A DNA stretch of 64,000 nt, taken from the NCBI GenBank assembly GCA_963678065.2, contig CAXXVZ010000003.1, forward strand, positions 2,272,001 through 2,336,000, in the 5' to 3' direction. Position 1 is the first letter of the stretch. Every line of letters starts with the position of its first letter. The notes beneath the pieces are model-generated. The model was not told where the DNA came from and made no database searches. It saw nothing but the letters and a program-made list of their open reading frames with translations. A program made the translations under genes and the position numbers. Source of the stretch: Treponemataceae bacterium. GTDB lineage: Bacteria; Spirochaetota; Spirochaetia; Treponematales; Rectinemataceae. This document shows, piece by piece, positions 39,361 through 49,422 of the stretch.

Positions 39361-40323
39361 TCATTGCCCGTAAAGCTGCAAACCAGCGGTCTCTTCTGCT
39401 TCTTCCTTTACATCGGCTCGCATCTTGCTGCTGTCGGCAAAATCCAGCACCGTTCCAAGCCTGTCCAGGTCCAGGAGAAAGTCCTGTCGTACAATTATCT
39501 TGCGGGAGGCCGCATCGATCGCGGCGATGATCTTCTGCGGAAGATCCTTCTGGCCACTGATTCCCACCCAGAATCCTATTGTGACCTTGGGGAATCCCTG
39601 TTCAGCCGCGCTCTTGGTATCGGGCAATGCTCCGATACGATTCGATCCGGCGATGGCTACAGGAAGTACCTTGCCGCTCTGGGCGAACGACGGAACTCCC
39701 GACGCCGCAGAGGTACCTAGCATCACATGACCTCCGGCTATTGCTGCCAGGATCTCCCCTCCACCTGTATAGGAAAGCTTCTTTGTTTTCTTGACATCAA
39801 TTCCCGCAGCCTTGAAAAACTGGAGTTGAACCAGATCAGCCGCACTTGAGGCGCTGATGCCTCCCCAGATGAGCTTCCCCGGATTTTCCCTGGCGAACTT
39901 TGCCACATCGTTCAGGTCTTTCCATCCGCTGTTGGGATTCACGCAGAGAACCTGCGGACCTTTGGCGAACTTGACGACGAAGGTCCGATCGTCGACTTTG
40001 TACGGCAATTCCTTGATCAGCATCTGGTAGGAACTCGAGAGAGCCTGATCGGCGAGCAGCGTGTATCCATCAGGCTTAGCCGTCAGCATAGCCTGTACGG
40101 CGGGGATGCCATTGCCGCCGGCGATATTGAGGACATTGACCCCCACTCCTAATTCCCGGGACAGGTACTTGGCTATCACTCTCGTAAGAACGTCGCCTCC
40201 CGAGCCCGCCGACCCGGGAACAATCAAGTCGATAGGCTTGGTGGGGTAGTCGCCCGAGCCTGCCGAGAAGACAGGCAAGCACGCCAAGACGAGACAAGAT
40301 ACGAGCATCAACCTTCTCTTCAT
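39361..40323 (-). CDS. tctC: Tripartite tricarboxylate transporter substrate-binding protein TctC
   Basis: YPTKPIDLIVP, GSGGD, N-x-x-GG-x-G, KPDGYTLL, YTGGG. Confidence 0.92.
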   Translation of the reverse strand: MKRRLMLVSCLVLACLPVFSAGSGDYPTKPIDLIVPGSAGSGGDVLTRVIAKYLSRELGVGVNVLNIAGGNGIPAVQAMLTAKPDGYTLLADQALSSSYQMLIKELPYKVDDRTFVVKFAKGPQVLCVNPNSGWKDLNDVAKFARENPGKLIWGGISASSAADLVQLQFFKAAGIDVKKTKKLSYTGGGEILAAIAGGHVMLGTSAASGVPSFAQSGKVLPVAIAGSNRIGALPDTKSAAEQGFPKVTIGFWVGISGQKDLPQKIIAAIDAASRKIIVRQDFLLDLDRLGTVLDFADSSKMRADVKEEAEETAGLQLYGQ

Positions 40324-40347
40324 GCAAAGCCTCCTTGAACTAAAGAC

Positions 40348-41589
40348 TCAACTTCCATACGTGAATACCTGAAGAAGGCGGGGCTCGAACACCTTCCCCT
40401 TCAGGAACACTTTTTCTATATGCTTGAATTCGTCAATATTCTTCAGAGGATTTCCCCCGAGTAGTACTAAATCGGCATTCTTTCCCGGTTCGATGGTTCC
40501 GGTACGTCCTTCCAGATCGACTATCCGCGCAGAGTTGATCGTTGCCGCGTTTAGTGCCTGAGCATTTGTCATGCCGCATTGAATGAACATCCTCATTTCT
40601 TCTATCACGCTTCCCAGCGTGTCGGTGCCGGTCCCGATCAGTATTCCGGCATCAATCGCATGTCGTACTACATCCTTATGGGGAAATATGACTTCCCGTA
40701 AAAGGTTGGCAACCCTAGTATTGCCAGCATCGAATTCACGTTGGTAAACCTTCCATATTCCCGACATGGTTGGTACAAACGGAATACTCTTCTCCTTCAT
40801 AAGGCCAAGTACGTTTTCAGTAAGCAAATTCCCATGCTCGATGCAATCGACGCCGGCCTTGATCGCCATCTCTGCGGCTTCGGAGGACATGCAATGGACC
40901 ATCACCTTACGGTTCTTCCTGTGCGCTTCATCGACGGCAGCTGCTACTTCATCGTAGGTGAACTGTACCATCGATGGGTGTTCGCCCTTATGGATACCCG
41001 CGAGTCCGCCGCTCACGCAGAGTTTGATCCAATCGGCTTCCTTTTTGAGTATCATTCGCACAGTTTTTCGAACTTCATCGACGCCATCCACTTCCATTGC
41101 TCCATCGATACCGACGGTTGCATGTCCACCCGTGGTCGATAGGATGGGTCCAGTTGCGATGATATTCGGCCCGCAGATGATCCCATTGGTTATGGCATCG
41201 CGCAGTTCGATGTTCAGACAGTTTTTTGAGCCGGCCGCCCGAATGGTAGTCACACCCTCGAGGAGCATTTCCGTCCAGATATTCCTTATCGCATAAGCCA
41301 TCCGCTGAGTATCCGGAAGATCCTCGATGGCGGCGGCGCCGACCCTAAAAGGGCCGGACTTTTCGTTCATGCTGACATGCCTGCGCTGCGGATGGCTGTG
41401 GAGATTGAACAGGCCCGGTATTAAGTATTTACTTTCACCATTGATGATTTCACATCCAGCTGCGGCTTCCAGTCTCTCCATGGAGACATTTTCAATCCTA
41501 CCATCCTTTATAAGGATGTCACAATTTCCCCGGAATGCCTGCGAGAGCGTGTCATAGCAATTCACCTGCCGAATGATTAGGTCATTCAT
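40348..41589 (-). CDS. Amidohydrolase family protein (Xaa-Pro dipeptidase-like)
   Basis: PGLFNLHSH, GVTTIR, TGGH, WIK, IEHG, GTD, GKNADLV. Confidence 0.88.
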   Translation of the reverse strand: MNDLIIRQVNCYDTLSQAFRGNCDILIKDGRIENVSMERLEAAAGCEIINGESKYLIPGLFNLHSHPQRRHVSMNEKSGPFRVGAAAIEDLPDTQRMAYAIRNIWTEMLLEGVTTIRAAGSKNCLNIELRDAITNGIICGPNIIATGPILSTTGGHATVGIDGAMEVDGVDEVRKTVRMILKKEADWIKLCVSGGLAGIHKGEHPSMVQFTYDEVAAAVDEAHRKNRKVMVHCMSSEAAEMAIKAGVDCIEHGNLLTENVLGLMKEKSIPFVPTMSGIWKVYQREFDAGNTRVANLLREVIFPHKDVVRHAIDAGILIGTGTDTLGSVIEEMRMFIQCGMTNAQALNAATINSARIVDLEGRTGTIEPGKNADLVLLGGNPLKNIDEFKHIEKVFLKGKVFEPRLLQVFTYGS

Positions 41590-41635
41590 GTGAATCCCTT
41601 CTCCTTGAGTCTCATTAATCATCGTTGATTGCTAC

Positions 41636-41680
41636 ATTGTATTACAATCTGACTGTATTATAGTATTTTACTTCTGTCAA
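41636..41680 (-). promoter_or_regulatory. Sigma70-like promoter (TTGACA-17-TACAGT) with a downstream ATTGTA-T-TACAAT palindrome (FadR-type operator)
   Basis: TTGACA at 41680-41675; palindrome at 41636-41648, upstream of the amidohydrolase-tct-fadR operon. Confidence 0.5.
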
Positions 41681-41835
41681 TGTTTTTTTAAACTTGTCAA
41701 TTTTTCTCATGTATGCTGCGCCCACGAGTTGGACCACTGCAGAAACTGGATAAGGTGGAATATGCCCTGAAAAGTGGAAATGGCAAGTAGTTTTCCCCAC
41801 CATATGGCAACTAGGAATCCCCACCCGGTAGAGGG

Positions 41836-42576
41836 TTATTCCTCCTTCTTTGCAGAGATGCGATATGACTCCCCTGACAGGGAGAAAATCTTTGCGTGAT
41901 GCATGAGACGATCCAACAGGGCTGCGGTCATAACCTCGTCGCCCATGAGTTCTGACCAAGAGTTCAGGTCCTTGTTGCTCGTCACGACGATAGAGGCACG
42001 TTCATAGAGATCCGAGACGAAGGTGAAAAAGAGATTGGCTTCCTTGCGCTCGATAGGAGTGTAGCCAATCTCATCAATGATCATGAGGTTGGCCTTCGCG
42101 AGCCGGCTTAGCCTGAACTGAGCGCTGCGTGCGGCGTCAGAGCGCACGAGGAGCTTCACCAGTGAGGTCATGCGCTCGTAACAAACCGAATAGCCTTTGC
42201 GTACGGCCACATGGCCAAGAGCGATTGCGAGATGGGTCTTTCCGAGTCCAGGAGGCCCGAAGAGCAGAAGGTTCTCGTGACGGTCTATCCAAGAGCACTC
42301 GGTGAGCTCAGAGAGGTCTCGTTTTCCAATTCCTGCTACTCGGCCGAGTTTGAAATCCTCGAGGCGCTTTACGACGGGAAAATGGGCCATGGCGAGGCCT
42401 CGTTTGAGGCGCCTGTCGCCGCGATCCTGTAGTTCGACGTCCACGAGGGTCTCGAGGAAGGCAAGGCATGTCAGTCCCCCGCTTTCAGCTTGTTTAAGAA
42501 GCTCAGGAAGCCGTGACGACGCGCCACGAAGCCGCAGGGACTCCAGTTTACGAGCGGATTCTGCGAGGGCGCTCAT
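41836..42576 (-). CDS. istB: IS21 helper ATPase IstB
   Basis: GPPGLGKTHLA, IIDEIGY, TSNK, ALLDRLMHH, GESYR. Confidence 0.95.
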   Translation of the reverse strand: MSALAESARKLESLRLRGASSRLPELLKQAESGGLTCLAFLETLVDVELQDRGDRRLKRGLAMAHFPVVKRLEDFKLGRVAGIGKRDLSELTECSWIDRHENLLLFGPPGLGKTHLAIALGHVAVRKGYSVCYERMTSLVKLLVRSDAARSAQFRLSRLAKANLMIIDEIGYTPIERKEANLFFTFVSDLYERASIVVTSNKDLNSWSELMGDEVMTAALLDRLMHHAKIFSLSGESYRISAKKEE

Positions 42577-44120
42577 TCTTCGTGCCTCTGCGTATCGACG
42601 AGCGCGTCGAGGAATCGCTGATACTCGCTGACCGAGCGTGTGGCAACTAGTGGAAGGTCTCTGGTTTGATGAAGGCCGCGGTACGGCGAAGGCGCCACTG
42701 CGGGCACTGGCGTCGTGCTGTTGACCGCGTCGATGAGATCCTGGGCGCTTGCAAGTCCTCTATCCAGGCAGAACTTCAATGCAAGCACGAGTTTCTCTCT
42801 GTCGATGTTGCGCTTGAGAAGCTTCCGAAGTCGGCCAGCGTGCTCCCGGAAGTAGCGTCGATACTCGGTATAGATACCATCGACGAAGCTCCCCCACTCG
42901 GGAAGATCATCTACTGCGGCGACAAGATCCGCGCGGAGCGTTTCCTGGGATCCTTCGCGATCGCGATAGTGAGCCTTGTCCAGCACCGTTCCGCCGGGTG
43001 TTGCCGCTTCGCGATGCGCCGCGATCTGGATACCCGTCTTCGTATCGAATACCAGGATGAGTCCGTCCTTGCGCTCGATAGTGACCTCGTTGAGCCGGTA
43101 CGAGTTCGGCACCGAGTACCTGGTCGCGGCGATCGATATAAGGCTTTTCTGATCCACGTTACGGCTCTCTCGGCAGCCCGATGCGGTGTCCGCGCGGAAA
43201 ATAGACGCTCGGAGCGCCCGCAAGACGGGTTTCTCGTGCGCTTCGAAGTCCGCGAGCGGCATGAGACGCGTGGCTTGGCTCAGTTTTGCGTTCACTCGTA
43301 AGAGCCATTTGCGCATGCCTGCCTGGAGTTCGTCGAAGGTCGCGAAGCTGCGGCTCGAGAAATAGCTCGTTTTGACGTATTTGACCGCATTCTCGACCTT
43401 TCCTTTCGATTCCGGATCGGCCGCACGGCAGACACGGAGCCGCAGTCCCTGTTCTGCGACGAACTCAGCAAAGGCTTTTGTCGTCGTGAGGTCGCCAAGG
43501 TTTTCCGTCACAATCATTGTCCGGTCCTGATCCATGACGAGTTCTTCGGTGATACCGCCAAAAAACTCGAAGGCGTCCAGGAGATGGCCGATCACATCCT
43601 CGCTGGTAAAGGGCCTGGATTGGGCCGCTACGTAGCGGTAACGGCTTCGTGAGAGTACTACGACAACAAACCAAGCCTTTCCGATGTTCGTCGTCTCTAC
43701 GCCGAAATCAATCTGAGCCTGCTTGCCGTAGGCCAGAGGCTCCACAGGACGATATTCCCGACACAGGCCCACCTTAATCGCACCGGATGCCTTGAGATAC
43801 GTCAGGTAGTTCCGCAACGTACGGTCCGAGCCTGGAAGCTCTCCGTATTTCTCGCTTAAGTAGTCGTGGACGGACGATGAGTAGACCATTCTGCCTTCGT
43901 GGTTCTTTTTAAAAATCTCGAGGATTTCGTCCTTGTAGACCGAAAAAGCCTTACCGCGTTCTGCCATTCGCTCGAGATACCGTAAGAATTGGTCATTGTC
44001 CATGCGCAGGTACTTTCTCACGGTCTTGCGGTCCTTGCCAAGTTTTACCGCTAGTGCGCTGACTGTGAGTCCTTGCCTGTGCCCTGTTCGTACGATGTTG
44101 TAGTCCTTCATGGTACTCAT
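42573..44120 (-). CDS. istA: IS21 transposase IstA
   Basis: DRKTVRKYL, QAQIDFG, SRYRY, FFGG, KGKVENAVKYVK, YSVP. Confidence 0.95.
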   Translation of the reverse strand: MSTMKDYNIVRTGHRQGLTVSALAVKLGKDRKTVRKYLRMDNDQFLRYLERMAERGKAFSVYKDEILEIFKKNHEGRMVYSSSVHDYLSEKYGELPGSDRTLRNYLTYLKASGAIKVGLCREYRPVEPLAYGKQAQIDFGVETTNIGKAWFVVVVLSRSRYRYVAAQSRPFTSEDVIGHLLDAFEFFGGITEELVMDQDRTMIVTENLGDLTTTKAFAEFVAEQGLRLRVCRAADPESKGKVENAVKYVKTSYFSSRSFATFDELQAGMRKWLLRVNAKLSQATRLMPLADFEAHEKPVLRALRASIFRADTASGCRESRNVDQKSLISIAATRYSVPNSYRLNEVTIERKDGLILVFDTKTGIQIAAHREAATPGGTVLDKAHYRDREGSQETLRADLVAAVDDLPEWGSFVDGIYTEYRRYFREHAGRLRKLLKRNIDREKLVLALKFCLDRGLASAQDLIDAVNSTTPVPAVAPSPYRGLHQTRDLPLVATRSVSEYQRFLDALVDTQRHEE

Positions 44121-44640
44121 TTCTTGTGCCGCATGCTCGCAAGCATAGCGGCCAAGGCCCCTGTGGGTGGGGAATCCTATTTGCCAACTGCTGGGGAATT
44201 CAGTTTACCATTTCCATGAAAAGGAGTATCCACCTGTGCAAGTGGTTCAACGAGTAGTTCAAAGCAACCGTAGCCCTTGAAGCAGTCAAAGAAGAGATGG
44301 CTCTCCATGAACATGCTGAGAAGTGCTAGCAGCCTGTCGGGTTGGGTGACAAGGAAAAATGGACTGACAGTGGGCAGCTGGAGTCAATTCGATGGAATGT
44401 GCTAAGAATGGGTTGGTGAATACCTTTCCGTATCCTGCATAAATCCAGAATGCTCTATTCTATGGTTTTTCCACCCTACCCACACAGAAGTCCGAAGCGC
44501 CATGGATAGTTCTCTTCCTCCAGCCGTATGCTAGCCTCAACCTCATCGATACTTCCTTTTCTATCTGAAGCTTATCCTGGGAATTGCTCCTGAATTCCAA
44601 TGGATATTGCAAAGTAAGATCTGGAATTTTCATTTGTTGA

Positions 44641-44681
44641 TTGACAAATACACAATGTTGAATTAAACTCAACATAGTTAA
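44641..44681 (+). promoter_or_regulatory. Sigma70-like promoter (TTGACA-17-TAAACT) with a TCAACATAGTTAA operator-like motif
   Basis: TTGACA 44641-46, TAAACT 44664-69, motif 44669-81; near-identical motif at 49339. Confidence 0.5.
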
Positions 44682-44976
44682 TTTTATGGATATCAATCAC
44701 TTCATTCTTAGCACAGGTCCGTTGGGAAAAAACCCACGTTCAGCATGACGACTGGTAGTGAAAACACGACCTTCCCGACGTTGGGCTTTTCGAATTGTAC
44801 GGAGCGAGAAACATTATCGTGCCTGACGCTTTTGATTTCAGGCCGGAGACAAACAGGGAGATAGACGTCGATTTTTTGCCAATTTGTGCGCGGCTGGATT
44901 AGTCGACTGTATCAGGAAAGGCAAATGCTGAAGGCACATTTCGAAATGCTGATTTCAGATATTCAGGAGCATGCGG

Positions 44977-45813
44977 ATGACACTAAAAGAAAACTCAATG
45001 AGACTGAACGAGAAAGCACTTCAGCTGCGTCGAGATCTTCTTGAGATGATCGGCGTCGGAAAGGCGGGGCACTTGGGCGGATCGAGTTCGCTCGCAGAGA
45101 CGATAGCAGTGCTGTATTTCAATGAGATGAGACTGGATCCGGTGAATCCTTTCTGGGAAGGACGCGACAGGCTGGTCTTGAGCAAGGGACACGCCGCACT
45201 CATACAGTACGCTGCGTTGTGCGAGCTCGGATATTTCCCGCGTGAGGAACTAAAAAAGGTCAAATCGATCAGCGGGCTTCTACAGGGGCATCCCGATCTG
45301 AGCATACCGGGCATCGAAGCGGTTACGGGGTCGCTTGGTCAGGGACTCTCGATCGGACTCGGCATGGCGCTTGCCTTCCGGCTCGACAAAAGGGACAACC
45401 GCGTCTATGTGATCATGGGTGACGGTGAACAGTCAGAGGGTCAGCTATGGGAAGCCGCTATCGCAGTACCCAATTTCAAGGTCGATAATCTGACTGCCTT
45501 CATAGACTGGAACAAGATTCAGGCGACAGGCCCAACGAAGGAAATGCTAGATATCCCGAATCTCGACAAAAAATGGGCAGCGTTCGGGTGGGAGGTCATC
45601 ACGGTGGATGGGCACGATGTATTGGCGATCATCGACGCGATCGAATGCGCTAAAAAGGTAAAAGGCAAGCCGACCCTGATAATCCTGGATACGGTCAAGG
45701 GCAAGTGCTTCTCCTTCGCTGAAGGCAACGCCGCCTACCACAACGGAATCCTTGACGATGCGAAGTACGCCCAGGCGTGCAGGGATCTCGACGACCTTGA
45801 GAAGGGACTGTGA
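44977..45813 (+). CDS. Split transketolase, N-terminal (ThDP-binding) subunit
   Basis: GHLGGS, DRLVLSKGH, LQGHP, TGSLGQG, GDGEQSEG...DWN, TVKGK. Confidence 0.92.
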   Translation: MTLKENSMRLNEKALQLRRDLLEMIGVGKAGHLGGSSSLAETIAVLYFNEMRLDPVNPFWEGRDRLVLSKGHAALIQYAALCELGYFPREELKKVKSISGLLQGHPDLSIPGIEAVTGSLGQGLSIGLGMALAFRLDKRDNRVYVIMGDGEQSEGQLWEAAIAVPNFKVDNLTAFIDWNKIQATGPTKEMLDIPNLDKKWAAFGWEVITVDGHDVLAIIDAIECAKKVKGKPTLIILDTVKGKCFSFAEGNAAYHNGILDDAKYAQACRDLDDLEKGL

Positions 45814-46763
45814 TCATGGAAAAACTGAACCTCAGAAAAGCATATGGCGAGGCTCTGGTGGAAGAGGGCCGGAAAAATTCCGATATCGTGGCTCTGGAAG
45901 CCGATCTCGGCAAGTCGACGATGTCGTTCATGTTCAAGGAAGCTTTTCCCGAGCGGTATTTCGAGATGGGAATAGCCGAACAGAATATGACTTCGACCGC
46001 TGCGGGTCTGGCGCTGGCCGGAAAGATTCCCTTCATCAGTACATTCGCTGTTTTCGCGGCAGGCCGGGCCTACGACCAGATCCGCTGCTCCGTGGCAATA
46101 CCGAAAGCGAATGTAAAGATATGCGGCTCAAGTTGCGGTCTCTCCGATTTCGGCGACGGCAAGACACACCAATCAGTTGAGGACGGCAATATTATTAAAG
46201 CCATCCCGCACATGATCGTGCTCAACCCTGTTGACGCTGTTGAGACGAAAAAGATGGTCACCGCGATGGCCGCGTACAAGGGGCCAGTCTACATCCGCAT
46301 AAACCGCAATGATCTTCCCGTGTACACGCCCGCCGATCGTGGGTACGGGATCGGGAAGATGTACACTGTGCGTGAAGGTTCCGATGTCGTCATTTTTGCG
46401 ACGGGTGCAATGGTGTGGAAATCGATGGAAGCAGCGGCGATGCTTGAAACCTCGGGCGTTTCAGTCGAGGTCGTGAATGTGAGCACGCTCAAGCCGCTGA
46501 TCAGAAGTGAAGTCTTTGCCCACCTTGGCGGGAAAAAGGGGATCGTCACCGCTGAGGAAGCCAACCGCATCGGTGGGCTCGGGAGTGCCATCGCGGGGCT
46601 TTTAATGGGCGAGGTCAACCTTCCATTCCGGCAGATTGCGATCGACGACGAGTTCGGAACCTCTGCCCACAACTACGAAGAATTGCTCGAAAAGTATGGT
46701 CTGACGGAAAACGACATTGCAGCTGCCGTACGCGCCGTGCTCGGGAAAGAGGAGCGATCATGA
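45810..46763 (+). CDS. Split transketolase, C-terminal subunit
   Basis: EADLGKST, GIAEQN, RAYDQIR, DGKTHQ, GPVYIR, GGLGSA. Confidence 0.92.
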   Translation: MIMEKLNLRKAYGEALVEEGRKNSDIVALEADLGKSTMSFMFKEAFPERYFEMGIAEQNMTSTAAGLALAGKIPFISTFAVFAAGRAYDQIRCSVAIPKANVKICGSSCGLSDFGDGKTHQSVEDGNIIKAIPHMIVLNPVDAVETKKMVTAMAAYKGPVYIRINRNDLPVYTPADRGYGIGKMYTVREGSDVVIFATGAMVWKSMEAAAMLETSGVSVEVVNVSTLKPLIRSEVFAHLGGKKGIVTAEEANRIGGLGSAIAGLLMGEVNLPFRQIAIDDEFGTSAHNYEELLEKYGLTENDIAAAVRAVLGKEERS

Positions 46764-47647
46764 AAATCGGATTCATCGGACTCGGCATCATGGGTCGGCC
46801 TATGGCCAAAAACCTCATAAAGGCAGGATATAGCCTGACAGTGTACGACAAGTATGCCAAGGCCGACGATCTCGTGGCACTTGGGGCGATGGCAGGGATA
46901 TCTAACCGCGATGTCGCCTCCCAAAGCGACGTCATAATTACGATGCTGCCCAACTCACCGCACGTGAAAGAGGCGATACTGGGCCCCGAAGGCGTGCTCG
47001 AAGGCGCGAAAGAGGGCGTCATTGTCGTTGACATGAGTTCCATTGCGCCGGCCGCCTCGCAGGAGGTCTGCGCCGAGCTTGCCAAAAAAGGTATCGCCAT
47101 GCTGGATGCACCGGTATCAGGCGGCGAACCTAAAGCCATCGACGGAACCCTTGCCATCATGGTCGGCGGAGACACCGAGATTTTCGCGACAGTAAGGCCG
47201 ATCCTCGAGAAACTGGGCACCTCCGTGACACTGGTCGGACCGATCGGCGCGGGGAATGTAACCAAGCTTGCCAACCAGATCATCGTCGCGCTCAACATCG
47301 CCGCAGTATCAGAGGCCCTCGTACTGGCCACCAAAGCTGGCATGGATCCCGAGTCGGTATTCAATGCCATCAAAGGCGGACTGGCTGGGAGTACCGTGAT
47401 GAACGCCAAGGTGCCGATGATGCTCGACGGCAACTTCAAGCCTGGATTCCGAATCGAACTGCACATCAAGGACCTGACCAACGCCCTCGACACGGCCCAC
47501 GCCCTTGGCGTACCGGTGCCGCTCACGGCGGGCGTTATGGAAATCCTGCAGGGTCTCAAGACGGACGGCGAAGGCGCTTCGGATCACAGCGCGATCCTGC
47601 GGCACTACGAGAAGCTCGCGAAGATCGAAGTGCGGAAAAGGGAGTAA
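46760..47647 (+). CDS. garR: 2-hydroxy-3-oxopropionate (tartronate semialdehyde) reductase
   Basis: KIGFIGLGIMG-x-PMAKNL, ITMLPNSPHVKE, GGEPKAIDGTL, NFKPGFRI-x-LHIKDL-x-NALDT, DHSA...YEKLAK-x-EV. Confidence 0.9.
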   Translation: MKIGFIGLGIMGRPMAKNLIKAGYSLTVYDKYAKADDLVALGAMAGISNRDVASQSDVIITMLPNSPHVKEAILGPEGVLEGAKEGVIVVDMSSIAPAASQEVCAELAKKGIAMLDAPVSGGEPKAIDGTLAIMVGGDTEIFATVRPILEKLGTSVTLVGPIGAGNVTKLANQIIVALNIAAVSEALVLATKAGMDPESVFNAIKGGLAGSTVMNAKVPMMLDGNFKPGFRIELHIKDLTNALDTAHALGVPVPLTAGVMEILQGLKTDGEGASDHSAILRHYEKLAKIEVRKRE

Positions 47648-47916
47648 AAGTTCCTTTGGTTTTCCTGAATCTGTTCGGAACTGTCATGCCGATTCGACTG
47701 TATGAACCGGTTGTTTTCATCGAAAGCTTCATTCTGTTTCATGTTCCTGATTGTTCTGCATATTGAGTATTTCTCGAAGCCACTGGTATTTGTTGACAAA
47801 CATAAACGGTTGATCCGAGTCGGCATGGTTGAAGTGCTTGATCTTTACTATGTGTATCGATGGATTGAATGGAGAAATGGCAGAAACGTCAACTAAGGAG
47901 CGAGGAGACAGTATCC

Positions 47917-48150
47917 ATGAGAGCAAGCATCAACATCGATGAGGATTTCATTATCAACGCAACCGATCGAGGACTGTTCGGTTTCTTCATCGAACACTCT
48001 GGTCGGTCTGGCTACGGAGGAAGCGAAAAACCAGGCCAACCGGCTGCAAACATCTAGGGATTCCGGACCGATGTCATTGAGTTTATCATCAACATGGATA
48101 TTTCTCTCGCCCGTTACCCTGGCGCCAACTTTGTCTCCGCCTTCAATTTG
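47917..48150 (+). pseudogene. GH51 alpha-L-arabinofuranosidase N-terminal remnant
   Basis: MRASINIDEDF...LFGFFIEHSGR...*GFRTDV...RYPGANFVSAFN with an in-frame TAG; the rest is deleted. Confidence 0.8.
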
Positions 48151-48385
48151 GTGGTTTCGGCAGCTTCAAAACACTCAAGCATGTTCATGTTGTGCTGCAC
48201 CGCGACGACATCAAGGCTGTAAACAGCGAGGCGATGCCGGGTGTTGTCGAGCCGTCAAGCTCGGTCAGGACGCACGCGAAGGCTGGCCCCGCAAGTATGC
48301 AGGCCGGCCCTTTGTCCTGGAATGTCTGGTGCCTGATTTGATTGCCGGCAACAAAAACCTGTACCACAGTAATAAGGGGACTTCC

Positions 48386-49243
48386 ATGAACACTATTGAT
48401 ATTGTCGGCGAATTGTCGTGTGGGTTAGGAAATACGCGAGGGGAGGTTGGCTGCTGCCTGAACATGCTCGGAACCGGACTAGGTCTTGAAGCTCTTGATT
48501 CGATAGCCGGGGCGGGGCTCGACTATCTTGAGCTTTCTCTACGGGACTTGGTTGCCCTTGGGAAACAGGTGGCCCCGATGATTGTAAGTTTGGAATCGAT
48601 CGGTCTTCCCTGTCGGAGTTGCAATAACCTTTTCCCGGGCAGCATACACCTTCTTGGGAGTATGTTCGACGAGTCGATATTCCGTTTGTATCTGGAACGT
48701 GCTTTTGACGCTGCGGCCGCTTCGGGTGCCCGGGTTGTCGTTTTCGGCTCGGGAGAGGCTCGACATGCCGGTGGCAGGCTTGAGGCGGATTGGTTACCGG
48801 AACTCGCAGATCGTCTTCATGCAATTGCGGGTATGGCGGCTCAATACGGAATTCTCGTGGCGATCGAACCATTGAATTATGGTGAGTGTGATACCGTGAA
48901 CAACCTTAACCAGGCCAAGAGTTTGGCTGCACTTGCCGGATGTGCGAATGTCGGCCTCCTCGTTGACAGTTATCACATGCTTCTGGAAGGAGAATCCCCT
49001 GGAGATGCAGCCAATTATGGACCTAGTGTCGTACACGTGCACCTCTCGGCGGGCAGAGAGCGAAGGATGCCGAGAGGCAATGACTCCTTCCCTTCAGCCG
49101 TACTTTCTGCATTGTTTTCGGTCGGCTACCATGGGCGGGTCAGCATTGAAGCCTTGTCCCGGGACCCATTCGAAGAGGTCGCCGAAGCGGTAAAATTCAT
49201 CCGTGCCATCAGCGCGCGTGTCGAGCAGGATGTTAACGGATAA
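48386..49243 (+). CDS. Sugar phosphate isomerase/epimerase (ketose 3-epimerase-like TIM barrel)
   Basis: DYLEL, VVFGSG-x-AR, IEPLN-x-x-E, DSYHM, HVH, GYHGRVSIE; AAGGGG RBS. Confidence 0.85.
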   Translation: MNTIDIVGELSCGLGNTRGEVGCCLNMLGTGLGLEALDSIAGAGLDYLELSLRDLVALGKQVAPMIVSLESIGLPCRSCNNLFPGSIHLLGSMFDESIFRLYLERAFDAAAASGARVVVFGSGEARHAGGRLEADWLPELADRLHAIAGMAAQYGILVAIEPLNYGECDTVNNLNQAKSLAALAGCANVGLLVDSYHMLLEGESPGDAANYGPSVVHVHLSAGRERRMPRGNDSFPSAVLSALFSVGYHGRVSIEALSRDPFEEVAEAVKFIRAISARVEQDVNG

Positions 49244-49330
49244 AAATCCATGAACCGTCTGTGGAGGAATGCCTTTCGGCACCTCGCAGCATAGGAAGGA
49301 GAAATAGAGGAATAGGGGAAATGATTTTTA

Positions 49331-49359
49331 TTGACAGTTCAACATAGTTGATCTATGGT
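49331..49359 (+). promoter_or_regulatory. Sigma70-like promoter (TTGACA-17-TATGGT) with palindrome TCAAC-ATA-GTTGA in the spacer
   Basis: TTGACA 49331-36, TATGGT 49354-59, palindrome 49339-51. Confidence 0.6.
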
Positions 49360-49422
49360 TAACTTGGTTACAGGTATTTGTCAAATACCGTTATTGATTT
49401 CATGTTTCACAAGGAGAAAGCC

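Larger units (their letters stand above)
41775..44216 (-). mobile_element. IS21-family insertion sequence (2442 bp)
   Basis: TGGAAATGG... imperfect IRs with internal TGGCAA..TCCCCAC repeats; 7-bp TSD TGAAAAG at 41768-41774 and 44217-44223. Confidence 0.95.
41710..44330 (+). mobile_element. IS3-family remnant (left end + orfA fragment) split by the IS21 insertion
   Basis: After the IS21, an AAGGAG RBS and FKATVALEAVKEE-x-x-L-x-E-x-AEK (IS3 OrfA-like) with stops. TGTATGCTGCGCCCACGAGTTGGACCAC at 41710 is IRL-like. Confidence 0.55.

Noticed and set aside
44330..44560. LarA-like or other gene remnant (MRLRLAYG...)
   Set aside because: Similarity limited to a few residues; cannot be supported without a search
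47939..48385. N-terminal extension giving a 434-aa epimerase
   Set aside because: Off-frame read through the GH51 relic; the RBS and ATG are at 48386
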